From: Candidatus Limnocylindrales bacterium
GTDB lineage: Bacteria > Moduliflexota > Moduliflexia > Moduliflexales > JAUQPW01
DNA length: 64,000 bases
Assembly: GCA_035559535.1 (NCBI GenBank)
Contig: DATMBG010000040.1
Coordinates: 62,001 to 126,000 of the forward strand
Direction of reading: 5' to 3'
The notes beneath the pieces were generated by a model, which saw only the letters and a list, made by a program, of their open reading frames with translations, was not told the origin of the DNA and ran no database searches. The position numbers and the translations under genes are program-made. Positions 41,380-50,443 of the stretch are shown piece by piece (the first letter of the stretch is position 1; each line of letters starts with the position of its first letter).

Positions 41380-41532
41380 TCGAAGAGGCGCTTCCCTCGT
41401 CGGTCTCAAACCGATACGCCTTATCGATCTGAACCCACGGCAACTCCTGTCGCCGCCGTGTTGCGTGAGTTTCTTCTCCACCCCGAGCCGCGCTGCAAGT
41501 CACGCTTCACGTGTCCCAGTCTTGTGGCTCAT
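41380..41532 (-). pseudogene. DUF899 (thioredoxin-like) family gene remnant
   Basis: Manual translation MSHKTGTREA*LAARL..EKKLT then frameshift RRQELPWVQIDKAYRFETDEGSAS, matching the DUF899 N-terminus as recalled; stop, frameshift and truncation. Confidence 0.65.
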
Positions 41533-41577
41533 CACCGTTCTTATCTCCCTCTGGTTAGTTGTCAAACCTGTCAGGTG

Positions 41578-41681
41578 GTCTAACGGCAAAGGCTAAGTTG
41601 ACGAGAAGGGGGGGAACGGGACGTGGTTCTCAACCCCTTCCCCCACCGCCCCCTTCCCATCAGCTTCAGCGTGTGTTAGAC
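41578..41681 (-). mobile_element. attC-like integron recombination site
   Basis: Minus strand GTCTAAC-ACACGCTGAAGCTGA...TCAACTTAGC-CTTTGCC-GTTAGAC; complementary R boxes and bulged L pairing; begins 5 bp after HEPN stop. Confidence 0.75.
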
Positions 41682-41686
41682 TGTTT

Positions 41687-42031
41687 TTACGGATTCTCCC
41701 GTTGCAAGATTTCTTCAATTTCTCGGCGAAGTAAAGGAATCTTATTGGTTACTACATCCCACACGATATCATAATCCACGCCAAAATAATCATGTATGAG
41801 CCGATCCCTCATGCCAGCTATCGCTCTCCACTCTACTTGGGGATAACGTTGCTTCAGATCAAGGGGAACTTTCTTTGTCGCTTCCCCAATGATCTCCAAA
41901 CTCCGTACAAAGGCCCGCTTAAGCGTCTCATCCTGATCAAACTGTACCTTACTTAATCCCTGTACCTTGGCTGTAAGATAATTGGCCTCCTCAAGGATAT
42001 GTCGAAGGTACTCAATTGCCAAAAGTGACAT
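41687..42031 (-). CDS. hepT: HEPN (DUF86/HepT) ribonuclease toxin
   Basis: [24 protein letters not shown] (RX4HXY), IVWD; likely start ATG 42031 overlapping the antitoxin. Confidence 0.9.
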   Translation of the reverse strand: MSLLAIEYLRHILEEANYLTAKVQGLSKVQFDQDETLKRAFVRSLEIIGEATKKVPLDLKQRYPQVEWRAIAGMRDRLIHDYFGVDYDIVWDVVTNKIPLLRREIEEILQRENP

Positions 42032-42329
42032 ATTCAACCTCCTTGAGGATATGGGGACCAATATAGGGACTCAGGGCTTCTGGAGTCACAAGCTCTACCC
42101 GGCGATGCAATAACTCTTCCAATAAGAAGGCGAGATTCATGAAGTTGTCAAAGGTCTTTTGGCCCGGCTCAAACTCAACTAACAAATCTACATCGCTCTG
42201 GTCATGCGGCTGCTCGCGCACAAAAGAACCGAAAAGCCCCAACCGCTTTACCTTGAGCTTCCGAAGCTGTGTACGGTGTTCAGAAAGTACTTCTAAAATA
42301 TCCTGTTTAGTTTGTACAACCTTATTCAT
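42012..42329 (-). CDS. mntA: Minimal nucleotidyltransferase (MNT/MntA) antitoxin
   Basis: LFGSFVR...[20 protein letters not shown]; overlaps HEPN gene. Confidence 0.9.
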   Translation of the reverse strand: MNKVVQTKQDILEVLSEHRTQLRKLKVKRLGLFGSFVREQPHDQSDVDLLVEFEPGQKTFDNFMNLAFLLEELLHRRVELVTPEALSPYIGPHILKEVEYVTFGN

Positions 42330-42351
42330 TGCTATTCGACTTTCATAGACA

Positions 42352-42411
42352 GGCTAACAGCTCGCCGTTCGGCTACCGACGAAGCCAGTCGGCTGCAGTG
42401 GCTTGTTAGGT
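42352..42411 (-). mobile_element. attC-like integron recombination site (60 bp)
   Basis: Minus strand ACCTAAC-AAGCCACTGCAGCCGACTGGCTTCGTCGGTAGCCGAACGGCGAGCT-GTTAGCC; RYYYAAC...GTTRRRY ends; upstream ORF stop TAA lies inside ACCTAAC. Confidence 0.75.
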
Positions 42412-42585
42412 GATACCTCCTTTTTCTTGGTTTTTGCCTAGATGCTGCGCTTTGAAAGATATGCCTGATAAGCGCTCTACCGCATCCTTACCCCCTTCAT
42501 TATTACCGTAACGTCTTTTGTGTATCATTTCTTTGGTAATCTTAACACTCAGATTATCTTTTGTAAGTGGAGTTTTTTCATACAT
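42406..42585 (-). CDS. Small AT-rich cassette ORF (59 aa, possibly a remnant)
   Basis: MYEKTPLTKDNLSVKITKEMIHKRRYGNNEGGKDAVERLSGISFKAQHLGKNQEKGGIT*; frame open upstream to 42648; stop inside the attC R box. Confidence 0.4.
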   Translation of the reverse strand: MYEKTPLTKDNLSVKITKEMIHKRRYGNNEGGKDAVERLSGISFKAQHLGKNQEKGGIT

Positions 42586-42699
42586 TATATATATATAAAA
42601 TCCATATCCCTCTTGTAAGACAGATAAAGGGAATTTTGCCAGAACTCCTTACTCGGTTACTCCTACTCCAAATACATGGGTTGCTATTATTTCGATTTT

Positions 42700-42829
42700 A
42701 TGAATGGATAGCTGAGCCGTCCCCACCCGCCCCGCTGGCAAAACTAACCTGACTAACCAGCCACCCTCGCAGGCAGAACAAAGTGGTGAAAAGCACAAGG
42801 ACGGGAATCAGCTCCAGCGTGGGTTAGCC
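42700..42829 (-). mobile_element. Degenerate attC-like site
   Basis: Minus GGCTAAC-CCACGCTGGAGCTGAT nearly identical to the arm of the 41578-41681 site; partner arm GGGACGGCTCAGCT at about 42710-42723; right R box unclear. Confidence 0.55.
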
Positions 42830-43401
42830 TACCGCTCGTCCTTTCGGAAGAGGTAGAACCTCTCCCCTTTGCGCCTTCTCAGACATTTTCATGATGAGGT
42901 GAGTGATAACCACTCTTTAGAGTAAATGTCAAGAACTCCATCCATGTTCGGGTCTTTCAAGTCGAGCGTACCTTGCATCTCATAGATGTAATAGGCCAAC
43001 TCGAGGAATTTAGAGAGAACCAGCTTGGGAATATCGTCCAGACGTTCAGATCCGTACTACTTCGAGTTGCATTTCTTACACGCGCAGACACAGTTATCAG
43101 ATGAGTCAAGGAGGGCTGTAATTCTGGAAGCAACCCCTGCTCTTGAGACTGGGATAATATAATCAGTGCTCAGACTGCCAGTGGCCCTACAGTAAACGCA
43201 AACCTTCCCTTTCTCTAGTTCCTTCTCGTAGTCTCGTATGGATGAAGACCAGCTCATCTCACTGGATTCGAGCTTCTTGTAGCGAGAGATCACAAAGCCG
43301 TAATTACCCTCAAAACCGGCAACTTGAGTAATAAGCGGGGCATACTGCCGGTAGATAAGGCGTCGTACCGTGTCAACGTATTTTGGGGGCTTGAGAGGCA
43401 T
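42824..43401 (-). pseudogene. HNH endonuclease pseudogene
   Basis: CVYC..TDYIIP (His replaced by Tyr)..CKKCNSK* then in-frame YGSERLDDIPKLVLSKFL..DPNMDGVLDIY; shifted frame RVVITHL..RAVG* ends in GGCTAAC of the attC-like site. Confidence 0.7.
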
Positions 43402-43445
43402 ATCGACCGCCTTCGATCCTCATAGTCATGGCTTTTCAAGCAGCG

Positions 43446-43539
43446 GGCTAACAGGCAGTTCCCCTGCGAGCGGAGCGAGCCGGGTGTACCTTCAGGGTTT
43501 GTGAGTGCGAAGCAGAGCACCTCACAAACCAAGTTATTG
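43446..43539 (-). mobile_element. Degenerate or hybrid attC-like site upstream of the HNH cassette
   Basis: Minus CAATAAC-TTGGTTTGTGAG..CTCACAAAC..GCTCGCTCCGCTCGC..GTTAGCC, about 45 bp before the HNH ATG. Confidence 0.45.
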
Positions 43540-43867
43540 TATAGTTTCTGGATAACTCCACGACGTTGGAAGGCTCCCCGGGTCTCTATGCGGCAGCAGG
43601 CTCTCTGATTTGAGGTCGCTCGCCGGTGCCAGGACCTCCCACATCGTCCTTTGTCGGATTATATTCCATACCTAAATTCTTAACAAGTTTTTTCTGCTAT
43701 TTTATCTTCTTCTTTCTGTATATCCTGTCAGGTAGAAGATGATCTGGAAAACTATGTCACTTCAGGAGAATACCTTAGGCTCAATAGCTCTCCAATCTTA
43801 CAAACCTCCTTTGAGACTCGTTTAATGGAGTTCAGGTGCTATCTGGAAAAGATAAAACCGGGTTTAT

Positions 43868-46666
43868 CTATCGGAAGAGGATATTCCATCCCCCGTCCTT
43901 AGGTCGCCAGGTTGCCAGGTCTATACTTCCATTTCCATCATAGTCGGCGGGTACAGGAATATCTCCCGGTTGACCCCCTGGAATTACCTGGGAACCGCCG
44001 CCGGAGAAAAGGATATACCAGTTTGCCTCCCCGGGTCGCCAGACTGCTATATCTGCCTTTTTATCTCCATCGTAATCGGCGGGTACGGGAATATCTCCCG
44101 GCTGGCCATGCCGGGTGATTAAGAAGCCACCGGTAGAAAGAAGAATATACCAGTTTCCCTCATCGGGTCGCCAGACTGCTATATCGATCTTCCCATCTCC
44201 GTCATAGTCCGCCGGTACCGGCGTATCCCCCGACCGACCCCATTGAATACTTATGGGATTTTTAGTATCTGGGGACTGGATGGTCCATTTACCCAGAGAT
44301 GGTCTCGAAAAGGGCGTAGGGTTGAAGGTGGCCAGATCCAGGATTCCGTTTCCGTCATAGTCTCTAGGAACAGGAACATCTAAAGCATCTCCAAATTGGA
44401 AGATTTGAGTCGCACCCTGAGAACTTAAGATATACCAGATGGCTTCGGAGGGTCGGAATACGGCAAAGTCTGCCTTTCCATCCCCATCATAATCCCCGGG
44501 TACGGGTCGATCTCCCAATATCCCCCAGGGCTGAATGGTAAGAAAACCGGTACTTCCTAAAACATACCAGTTTCCTTCCCGGGGTCTCCACACGGCAATA
44601 TCCGCTTTTTGATCCCCATCGTAATCTTGAGGTACCGGGATATCTCCGAAGATCCCCCAGATCAAAAGAGGATTTGATATGGGAATCGGGCTCAAGTTGA
44701 AGTTTTGGGTTAGCAGGTTACCGTCAGGGATCGTGACAGTACTCGGGGTTGAAGTCTGATAGCCTGGTGCCGAAGCGATCAGGGTATAAGTCCCTGGTGG
44801 TAGAAGTCGGGAGTAATTTCCGGTTTCATCCGTGGTGGTTTCAAAGGTATGGGTTCCATCATCGGCCATAATACGGGCTCCTGCAAGGGGGCCACTTGAA
44901 ATAGTATCGGTAACTACTCCTTGCAAGGTACCCTGGGGGGGTGGGGTACACGAAGGAAATCGGAAAGTACCTATACGGGTATGCCAGCCTGTTTTGCTGG
45001 TGGTTGGGTAGTATTCATTGGTATACCAGAAGGTGCAATCGTCTAGGGGATCAACGGCCAGCATTGAGTAATCCCCCCAACGGCCAGAAAAATCCTTTTG
45101 TGAACCATTTCCTGTCATAAGCACCGCTTCACCTCGAAACAATCCGTTGGGTGGATCGGTGGCGAGTCGACCTGCGTATCGGATGGAAGGAAAAGTTGTC
45201 GTACTGGAAACGCTATATCCGACGGCGAGGTTCCCATCCTTATCCATGGCCGCACTTCCCATCCAACGATGGTTGGTATCAGGGGCAAAGCTGGCCTGTT
45301 CCTGGATGAAAAAAGATCCACCGGGGAGGTTACGACGTATCTCATAATAACGAACTCCAGCATGGTTTTTATCTACATCTACAGTATGATTAACCACCAG
45401 CGATTCATGGGTACCAAAATTTCGATACTGTAAGCGGAACATCAACCGGTCCGAGATAACCGATAATTTTGCGTTTGTCCCGGGTTGGGGAATACAAAGA
45501 TCTCGGGGATTTGCCGAAGACGTACACAGAAAAACAGGATCAAAAGGAGCCGTGATAAGAGGGCTTTCAGGCCTTTCGATAAAGGTAGATCCGGCGGGAT
45601 TGAGAAAATCAGCATGAAACTCAAAGATCCTCAAAGCATCCCCGGGGGCTCCTGCTTCATCGGCTACACCGACAACGAAATAGTTGGGCGTACCGGCCGG
45701 TGGAGGGGAACCATCCAGATCGGCAGGAAGCATACCAAGTAAGGAAGGATCTAAAGAGTTCAAATCAAAATAAATAAAGCCGGCATCCGGGTCCCCTGCC
45801 AGCATTTTGGTCCGATCTAAAGCAAACACCCCTATACTGGCATAGGGACCAAAAAAGGGATCGAACTGATTAACAGTCATGTAATAACCATCCGGCCATA
45901 CTCCTAATTTGGGATAATCGTTAAACTTGTTATTGGGCATAATAAAATCATATCGAAAGTAAGCTCCCGTTGGATCATTGGTTTGAGAAATTGCAATACA
46001 CTCATGGTAGGGTGGTACATCAATGGCACCGGGTGTAAGAAGAAAAGCGAATTGACTGATCAACCACCGATCGGCCAGGGGATCATAGAGAACAATGGGA
46101 TCTCCTTGATCTACCGTCTCACAGACCCCTCCAAAACCGGCAAACAATAAACTAATCGGAAAAGGACCGAATAAAGAGAGTCCTGTTTGTTTATCAAAAA
46201 CTTCGATGAGTGTGTTAACAGCCTGAACATAATGCCTGGGACCTACATCTCCGTTGGTATCGGGCGGAAGACTTCCAAGTCCTATAACTGCCAGATTATC
46301 TGCATTACTGATTCCTTCAAAGCTCTGTAGGGGAGCCGGCATGAGATTAAGAAACAATTCACGTTGAACTACCGGATCCCCGGATGGGGCCAACCTGTTT
46401 TCAACCAGGGGCAATCGATAGATCGGAATCTCACGGACCTTGTTTTTCCCCCCGGTCCCGGGTTTAGGCAAAATCGGTTTGAGATGGCGAATCGGTGGGG
46501 ATATATCGAAATGAGCAGCATACCCTACCCGGGGAACCAGATTCTTTTTTACAAGATTTTTCTCTACCTTCTCTTCTATGGGAGGACGTTGGGCATAGCC
46601 CGGAATTAAATAAGCACTTATAGCCAGAAAAACCAACAAAGTTAGAACAAAAGACCAGACTTTCAT
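43868..46666 (-). CDS. Secreted multidomain protein: predicted beta-rich domain + carboxypeptidase-regulatory-like domain + FG-GAP/VCBS repeats
   Basis: Signal peptide; PPDTNGDVGP.HYVQAVN, RWGDYS; GTLQGVVTD..GNYS..PGTYTL; six DYDGDGKAD-type repeats. Confidence 0.8.
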   Translation of the reverse strand: MKVWSFVLTLLVFLAISAYLIPGYAQRPPIEEKVEKNLVKKNLVPRVGYAAHFDISPPIRHLKPILPKPGTGGKNKVREIPIYRLPLVENRLAPSGDPVVQRELFLNLMPAPLQSFEGISNADNLAVIGLGSLPPDTNGDVGPRHYVQAVNTLIEVFDKQTGLSLFGPFPISLLFAGFGGVCETVDQGDPIVLYDPLADRWLISQFAFLLTPGAIDVPPYHECIAISQTNDPTGAYFRYDFIMPNNKFNDYPKLGVWPDGYYMTVNQFDPFFGPYASIGVFALDRTKMLAGDPDAGFIYFDLNSLDPSLLGMLPADLDGSPPPAGTPNYFVVGVADEAGAPGDALRIFEFHADFLNPAGSTFIERPESPLITAPFDPVFLCTSSANPRDLCIPQPGTNAKLSVISDRLMFRLQYRNFGTHESLVVNHTVDVDKNHAGVRYYEIRRNLPGGSFFIQEQASFAPDTNHRWMGSAAMDKDGNLAVGYSVSSTTTFPSIRYAGRLATDPPNGLFRGEAVLMTGNGSQKDFSGRWGDYSMLAVDPLDDCTFWYTNEYYPTTSKTGWHTRIGTFRFPSCTPPPQGTLQGVVTDTISSGPLAGARIMADDGTHTFETTTDETGNYSRLLPPGTYTLIASAPGYQTSTPSTVTIPDGNLLTQNFNLSPIPISNPLLIWGIFGDIPVPQDYDGDQKADIAVWRPREGNWYVLGSTGFLTIQPWGILGDRPVPGDYDGDGKADFAVFRPSEAIWYILSSQGATQIFQFGDALDVPVPRDYDGNGILDLATFNPTPFSRPSLGKWTIQSPDTKNPISIQWGRSGDTPVPADYDGDGKIDIAVWRPDEGNWYILLSTGGFLITRHGQPGDIPVPADYDGDKKADIAVWRPGEANWYILFSGGGSQVIPGGQPGDIPVPADYDGNGSIDLATWRPKDGGWNILFR

Positions 46667-46804
46667 ATTTTATCCCTGTTTGGTGTAGAGAGGTTAAACC
46701 AAATGACTATCCAGAAGGGATCCTTCTTTTACCCCTGCTACAGTTTGTATGGTGGTTCAGTGTAAGCCTCCAGTGAGTTCACAAGATGCATTGATGTTAT
46801 TAAA

Positions 46805-47656
46805 TTATTTAATGGCTCCCTCGGTTAAACCCTGAATAATATAACGTTGTAAGATCAATACAATAACCAGCAGAGGGGCACTGGCGATGATACTCCCTGC
46901 TGAGAGTTCACTGAAGTGAATATCATAAGGGGTAATCCAGTCAGAGATGGCTGGTGTGACAAGCCTGATATTAAAGACTCCCAGAACCTTAGCGAACATA
47001 AGTTCATTCCAGGAAGTCAGAATGGCAAAAATAGCCGTTACCGCGATCCCTGGAGAAGAAATGGGGAGGATGACCCGGGTCAAAGATTGAAGCCGTGTGC
47101 ATCCGTCTACCCGGGCTGCTTTTTCGAGATCTAAAGGTACACTTTCGAACAGGCCTTTTAAAAACCATATCACTAAGGGAAGGAGAAAGGCACTAAGAGC
47201 CAGAATAATCCCCAGATGGGTATCGATAAGTCCAAGCTTGCGGATGATAATGAGTAAAGGGATGAGCATGGCAATTCCCGGCAGCATATAGAGGATCATT
47301 AAGGAAAAGTAAAGGGTATTCCTGAAGGGGAATCTCAATCTGGCAATGGCATAAGCGCCTAAAGTACCTGCAATTAAGCAAATTGCCGTTGTTGTAAAAG
47401 AAACAATGGCGCTGTGATAGAGGGAATTCACGAATTTCTCATCCTTCAGAACAAAGTTATAAGATTCTAGGGTTAATTTTTTTGGAAGGATGGGCGGGGG
47501 GTAGTTGTATAGATCCAGCTCTTTTTGCAGACTGGTTAATATCATCCAAACATAGGGAAGCCATATCAGGAGAAGCATGCCTATAATTAGGCCGTAAACC
47601 AAAAGTTTTCTCCCCTTTTCAAGGTAAAGATATTTTGTTTGTTCACCTGAAAACAT
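46805..47656 (-). CDS. Carbohydrate ABC transporter permease (MalG type)
   Basis: LEKAARVDG EAA loop, SWNE, GLTEGAIK. Confidence 0.9.
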   Translation of the reverse strand: MFSGEQTKYLYLEKGRKLLVYGLIIGMLLLIWLPYVWMILTSLQKELDLYNYPPPILPKKLTLESYNFVLKDEKFVNSLYHSAIVSFTTTAICLIAGTLGAYAIARLRFPFRNTLYFSLMILYMLPGIAMLIPLLIIIRKLGLIDTHLGIILALSAFLLPLVIWFLKGLFESVPLDLEKAARVDGCTRLQSLTRVILPISSPGIAVTAIFAILTSWNELMFAKVLGVFNIRLVTPAISDWITPYDIHFSELSAGSIIASAPLLVIVLILQRYIIQGLTEGAIK

Positions 47657-47709
47657 GTGAGTAATAACTACACGGCCATGAAGCCACCCAGACCGTAAAA
47701 TCTTTGTGG

Positions 47710-48648
47710 CTAGATGGCCTTCCTTTCTCTAAAAAATCGATGCATTAAAATAGCCAGGATCACCACGATAAAAGTAACCCAATAGGCGATGGAAGCCCCA
47801 TAACCCAATCGCAGCCAATCGAAGGAGGTCTTATAGGCCAGGAAGTACAGCATGAAGGTAGAATCTGCAGGTCCCCCTCCCGTCATGGCATAGACCAGAT
47901 CAAAAGTTAACAGAGAGAAGACGATCAAAACAATGGAAGCAGCCAGGATGGTGGGTCTGAGATGGGGAAGAATGATATACCTGAAACGTTGAATCGCGTT
48001 GGCTCCGTCGATCTTTGCAGCCTTGATCTGGTCCCGGTTCAGGTTTTGTAATCCGGTTAACAGAATAAGGGTGACCAGAGGAACGAATTTCCAGAGATTA
48101 ACGAAGGTAATAGTGTAGAGGGCATAGGCCGGATCTCCCAGGAACTGGATCGGCTCCCGGACAAGACCTAAACTGAGTAAGGCATAGTTCACGATGCCAT
48201 AGTTTGCATGGAAGATCCATAGAAACATGACCGATACAACAATGGGAGAGATGGCCCAGGGAACCAGCAGAGAAGTTTTATACAAGGCTTTTCCACGTAT
48301 CGGCTCATCCAAAACCAGGGCCAGGATAAGAGAAATAGTTATACCCAATATGAGGTTTAAAAGGAGATAAATCAGGGTGTTTTTCAAGGAAATGGCAAAT
48401 CGCTGATCCTCAAAGATCACCAGATAATTCCTAAAGCCCACATAGGTTCGGGTCATTTCCTGAATATCAAAATTCGATAAGGATAACACAAAGGAATAGA
48501 TCAAAGGGTAGAGGATGAGGACGGCTATGAGGATTAGAGAAGGAAGGAGAAGGAGAAAAGCGAATTTTCCTTCACTCATTTGTCTTCTATCGGCCATCTC
48601 TTGTTCATTATTTTTTAGGGATATTGCCCATGAATCGTAGGTTTGCAT
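47710..48648 (-). CDS. Carbohydrate ABC transporter permease (MalF type)
   Basis: VGFRNY, AAKIDGA, MTGGGPADST, GYGAS. Confidence 0.9.
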   Translation of the reverse strand: MQTYDSWAISLKNNEQEMADRRQMSEGKFAFLLLLPSLILIAVLILYPLIYSFVLSLSNFDIQEMTRTYVGFRNYLVIFEDQRFAISLKNTLIYLLLNLILGITISLILALVLDEPIRGKALYKTSLLVPWAISPIVVSVMFLWIFHANYGIVNYALLSLGLVREPIQFLGDPAYALYTITFVNLWKFVPLVTLILLTGLQNLNRDQIKAAKIDGANAIQRFRYIILPHLRPTILAASIVLIVFSLLTFDLVYAMTGGGPADSTFMLYFLAYKTSFDWLRLGYGASIAYWVTFIVVILAILMHRFFRERKAI

Positions 48649-48687
48649 AGGACTTAGAAAGTTTACTCTTGTTATAGTTTTGGGTCT

Positions 48688-48911
48688 TTACCTGCTGTTA
48701 ACCCGGGCTTTCAAAGGCAGGTTTTTAGGAAAGGTTTTTAGGAAAGTGTTTGTTCCTGGGTTCCCTTCCCTGACCTTTCTACACCCTAGCAGGGTAAATC
48801 ACTTTGCCCCAAAATTCCCATCCTTGGGATAGGCAGGTCAGGGTAGAGGCCTGTTCCCCTTCCCTCTTAAACCTAAAAACCTACCTTTATAAGGCCGGTT
48901 ATAAAGGGTAA
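48688..48911. repeat. Long imperfect inverted repeat between SBP and permease genes
   Basis: Left TTACC..TAACC..AAAGGCAGGTTTTTAGG..CCCTGACCT mirrors right AGGTCAGGG..CCTAAAAACCTACCTTT..GGTTA..GGTAA. Confidence 0.65.
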
Positions 48912-48955
48912 TCTTTCCAGAACGAATAACCTCCAAAACAGATTTTGGACAGCCT

Positions 48956-50359
48956 TTAAGCTTTCTCTCTGGAGATGATTTCTTCACATTTTTTCTGGGC
49001 TGCTTCCATAGCCTGTTCCGGGGTTTGTTGGCCAAGCAGAGCTTTTACAATGGCCGGTTCGATGGTATCTATCAACTCCTGATGGGCGGGTCGGATCATT
49101 CGGTCGTAGTCGTATTTCCACTGTTCCAGGGTTACTTTGACATGTTCCATGTCTTTCACACGGTCGTCTTGATGATTGGAATAGTAGCAGGGCATTCCGC
49201 CGCCGGACTTTTCGTAACCATCTAGAATAAGGGCCACTTGAGGCTCATAACTGGAGAGATATCGAATGAGTTGCCAGGCCACCTCTTTTTTCTTGCTGGT
49301 CTTGGGTACCACATAACCTTCCACAGATTCTACCGTACCGGATCGAACCACCCCTTCGTGTCCCGGAATCAGAGCAACTCCTCCGATATTGAGCAACTTG
49401 GTTCCAGGTTCTCCGTTCTCCCACTGGCGATAGGTCTCGCCGTAGTAGATGGTATGTCCGACCTGTCCCTGGACCCATCGTTTATTGCTGACACTATCGG
49501 CTACATCCTTGGCAGCCGATGCAGGCATGTACTTGAGGATCTCAACCATATCTTTGAGCCCTTTAATCACTCCCTCGCTGGTAAGCTGGATTTTACCATC
49601 CGGCGCGGTGAGTTTGCCTCCGTTGAGATGGGTAAAGACGCAAAATTGAACAAAGTTATATCCCTGTCCGAATCCCACATCAAAACCGTAGGCATTCCCC
49701 TTTTCATCGGTATGGATCTTCTTGACGTTTTCCAAAAATTGTTCGTAGGTCTCAGGAACGGTGAGTTTATGTTTATCGTAGAGGGCCCGGTTGTAGTGGA
49801 GAATCATAACCTTGGCAAATCTGGGCAATCCGTAGACAACCCCCTTATAACTGGCTCCTCCCGGGGCCCCCGGTAGCATATCTTCCAGGACTTGTTGGGG
49901 GATCTCGGCACCTGGAATCTCACTGAGAGGGGTATAAAAATTTCGCCATTCCGCAGTCCAGGCAGACCATGTATAGGCAACGTCATACAAATGGGTTCCG
50001 GAAATGTACATGTTAGCGAGCTTATCATGCATACCGAAGAAAGATCCTTCATCCAATCTGACCTTGATTCCGGTTTCTTTTTCCCATTTTCTTACCCACC
50101 GGGTAAAACCTACGACATATCCGCTGGGTTGAAACATGGTAATTTCTTTTACATTGGTCTTGGCTGCAACTTCTTTGGCTGCTTCAAAAAGCTCCGCCTC
50201 AGAGGGTAAAAATTTGGAAGCACTGACCGGTTTGGGCCGGGGTAATCCACTCCATGCCGCTAAAGCCGCTGCCCCGGCTCCTATTTTAATTCCTGTCTTG
50301 AGAAAATCCCGCCTGGACATCTGAGAATCTGGATTGGGATTAAAAATATTTTCTGGCAT
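48956..50359 (-). CDS. Tat-exported sugar ABC substrate-binding protein
   Basis: SRRDFLK twin-Arg motif; WEKETGIKV, YGLP, YNRAL, VPETYE. Confidence 0.9.
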   Translation of the reverse strand: MPENIFNPNPDSQMSRRDFLKTGIKIGAGAAALAAWSGLPRPKPVSASKFLPSEAELFEAAKEVAAKTNVKEITMFQPSGYVVGFTRWVRKWEKETGIKVRLDEGSFFGMHDKLANMYISGTHLYDVAYTWSAWTAEWRNFYTPLSEIPGAEIPQQVLEDMLPGAPGGASYKGVVYGLPRFAKVMILHYNRALYDKHKLTVPETYEQFLENVKKIHTDEKGNAYGFDVGFGQGYNFVQFCVFTHLNGGKLTAPDGKIQLTSEGVIKGLKDMVEILKYMPASAAKDVADSVSNKRWVQGQVGHTIYYGETYRQWENGEPGTKLLNIGGVALIPGHEGVVRSGTVESVEGYVVPKTSKKKEVAWQLIRYLSSYEPQVALILDGYEKSGGGMPCYYSNHQDDRVKDMEHVKVTLEQWKYDYDRMIRPAHQELIDTIEPAIVKALLGQQTPEQAMEAAQKKCEEIISREKA

Positions 50360-50443
50360 AGTTTATGTCTGTTGTCCGTTGCCCGTTATCGGTTATCTAT
50401 AGGCCGTGTACCTGTTGTAACCGACAACGGGCAACGGACAATT

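Noticed and set aside
41280-43860. Complete integron or prophage
   Set aside because: No tyrosine recombinase, attI context or phage genes seen
49238-49876. 212-aa ORF and other short alternate-frame ORFs overlapping large genes
   Set aside because: Antisense or out of frame to well-supported genes, with no recognisable motifs
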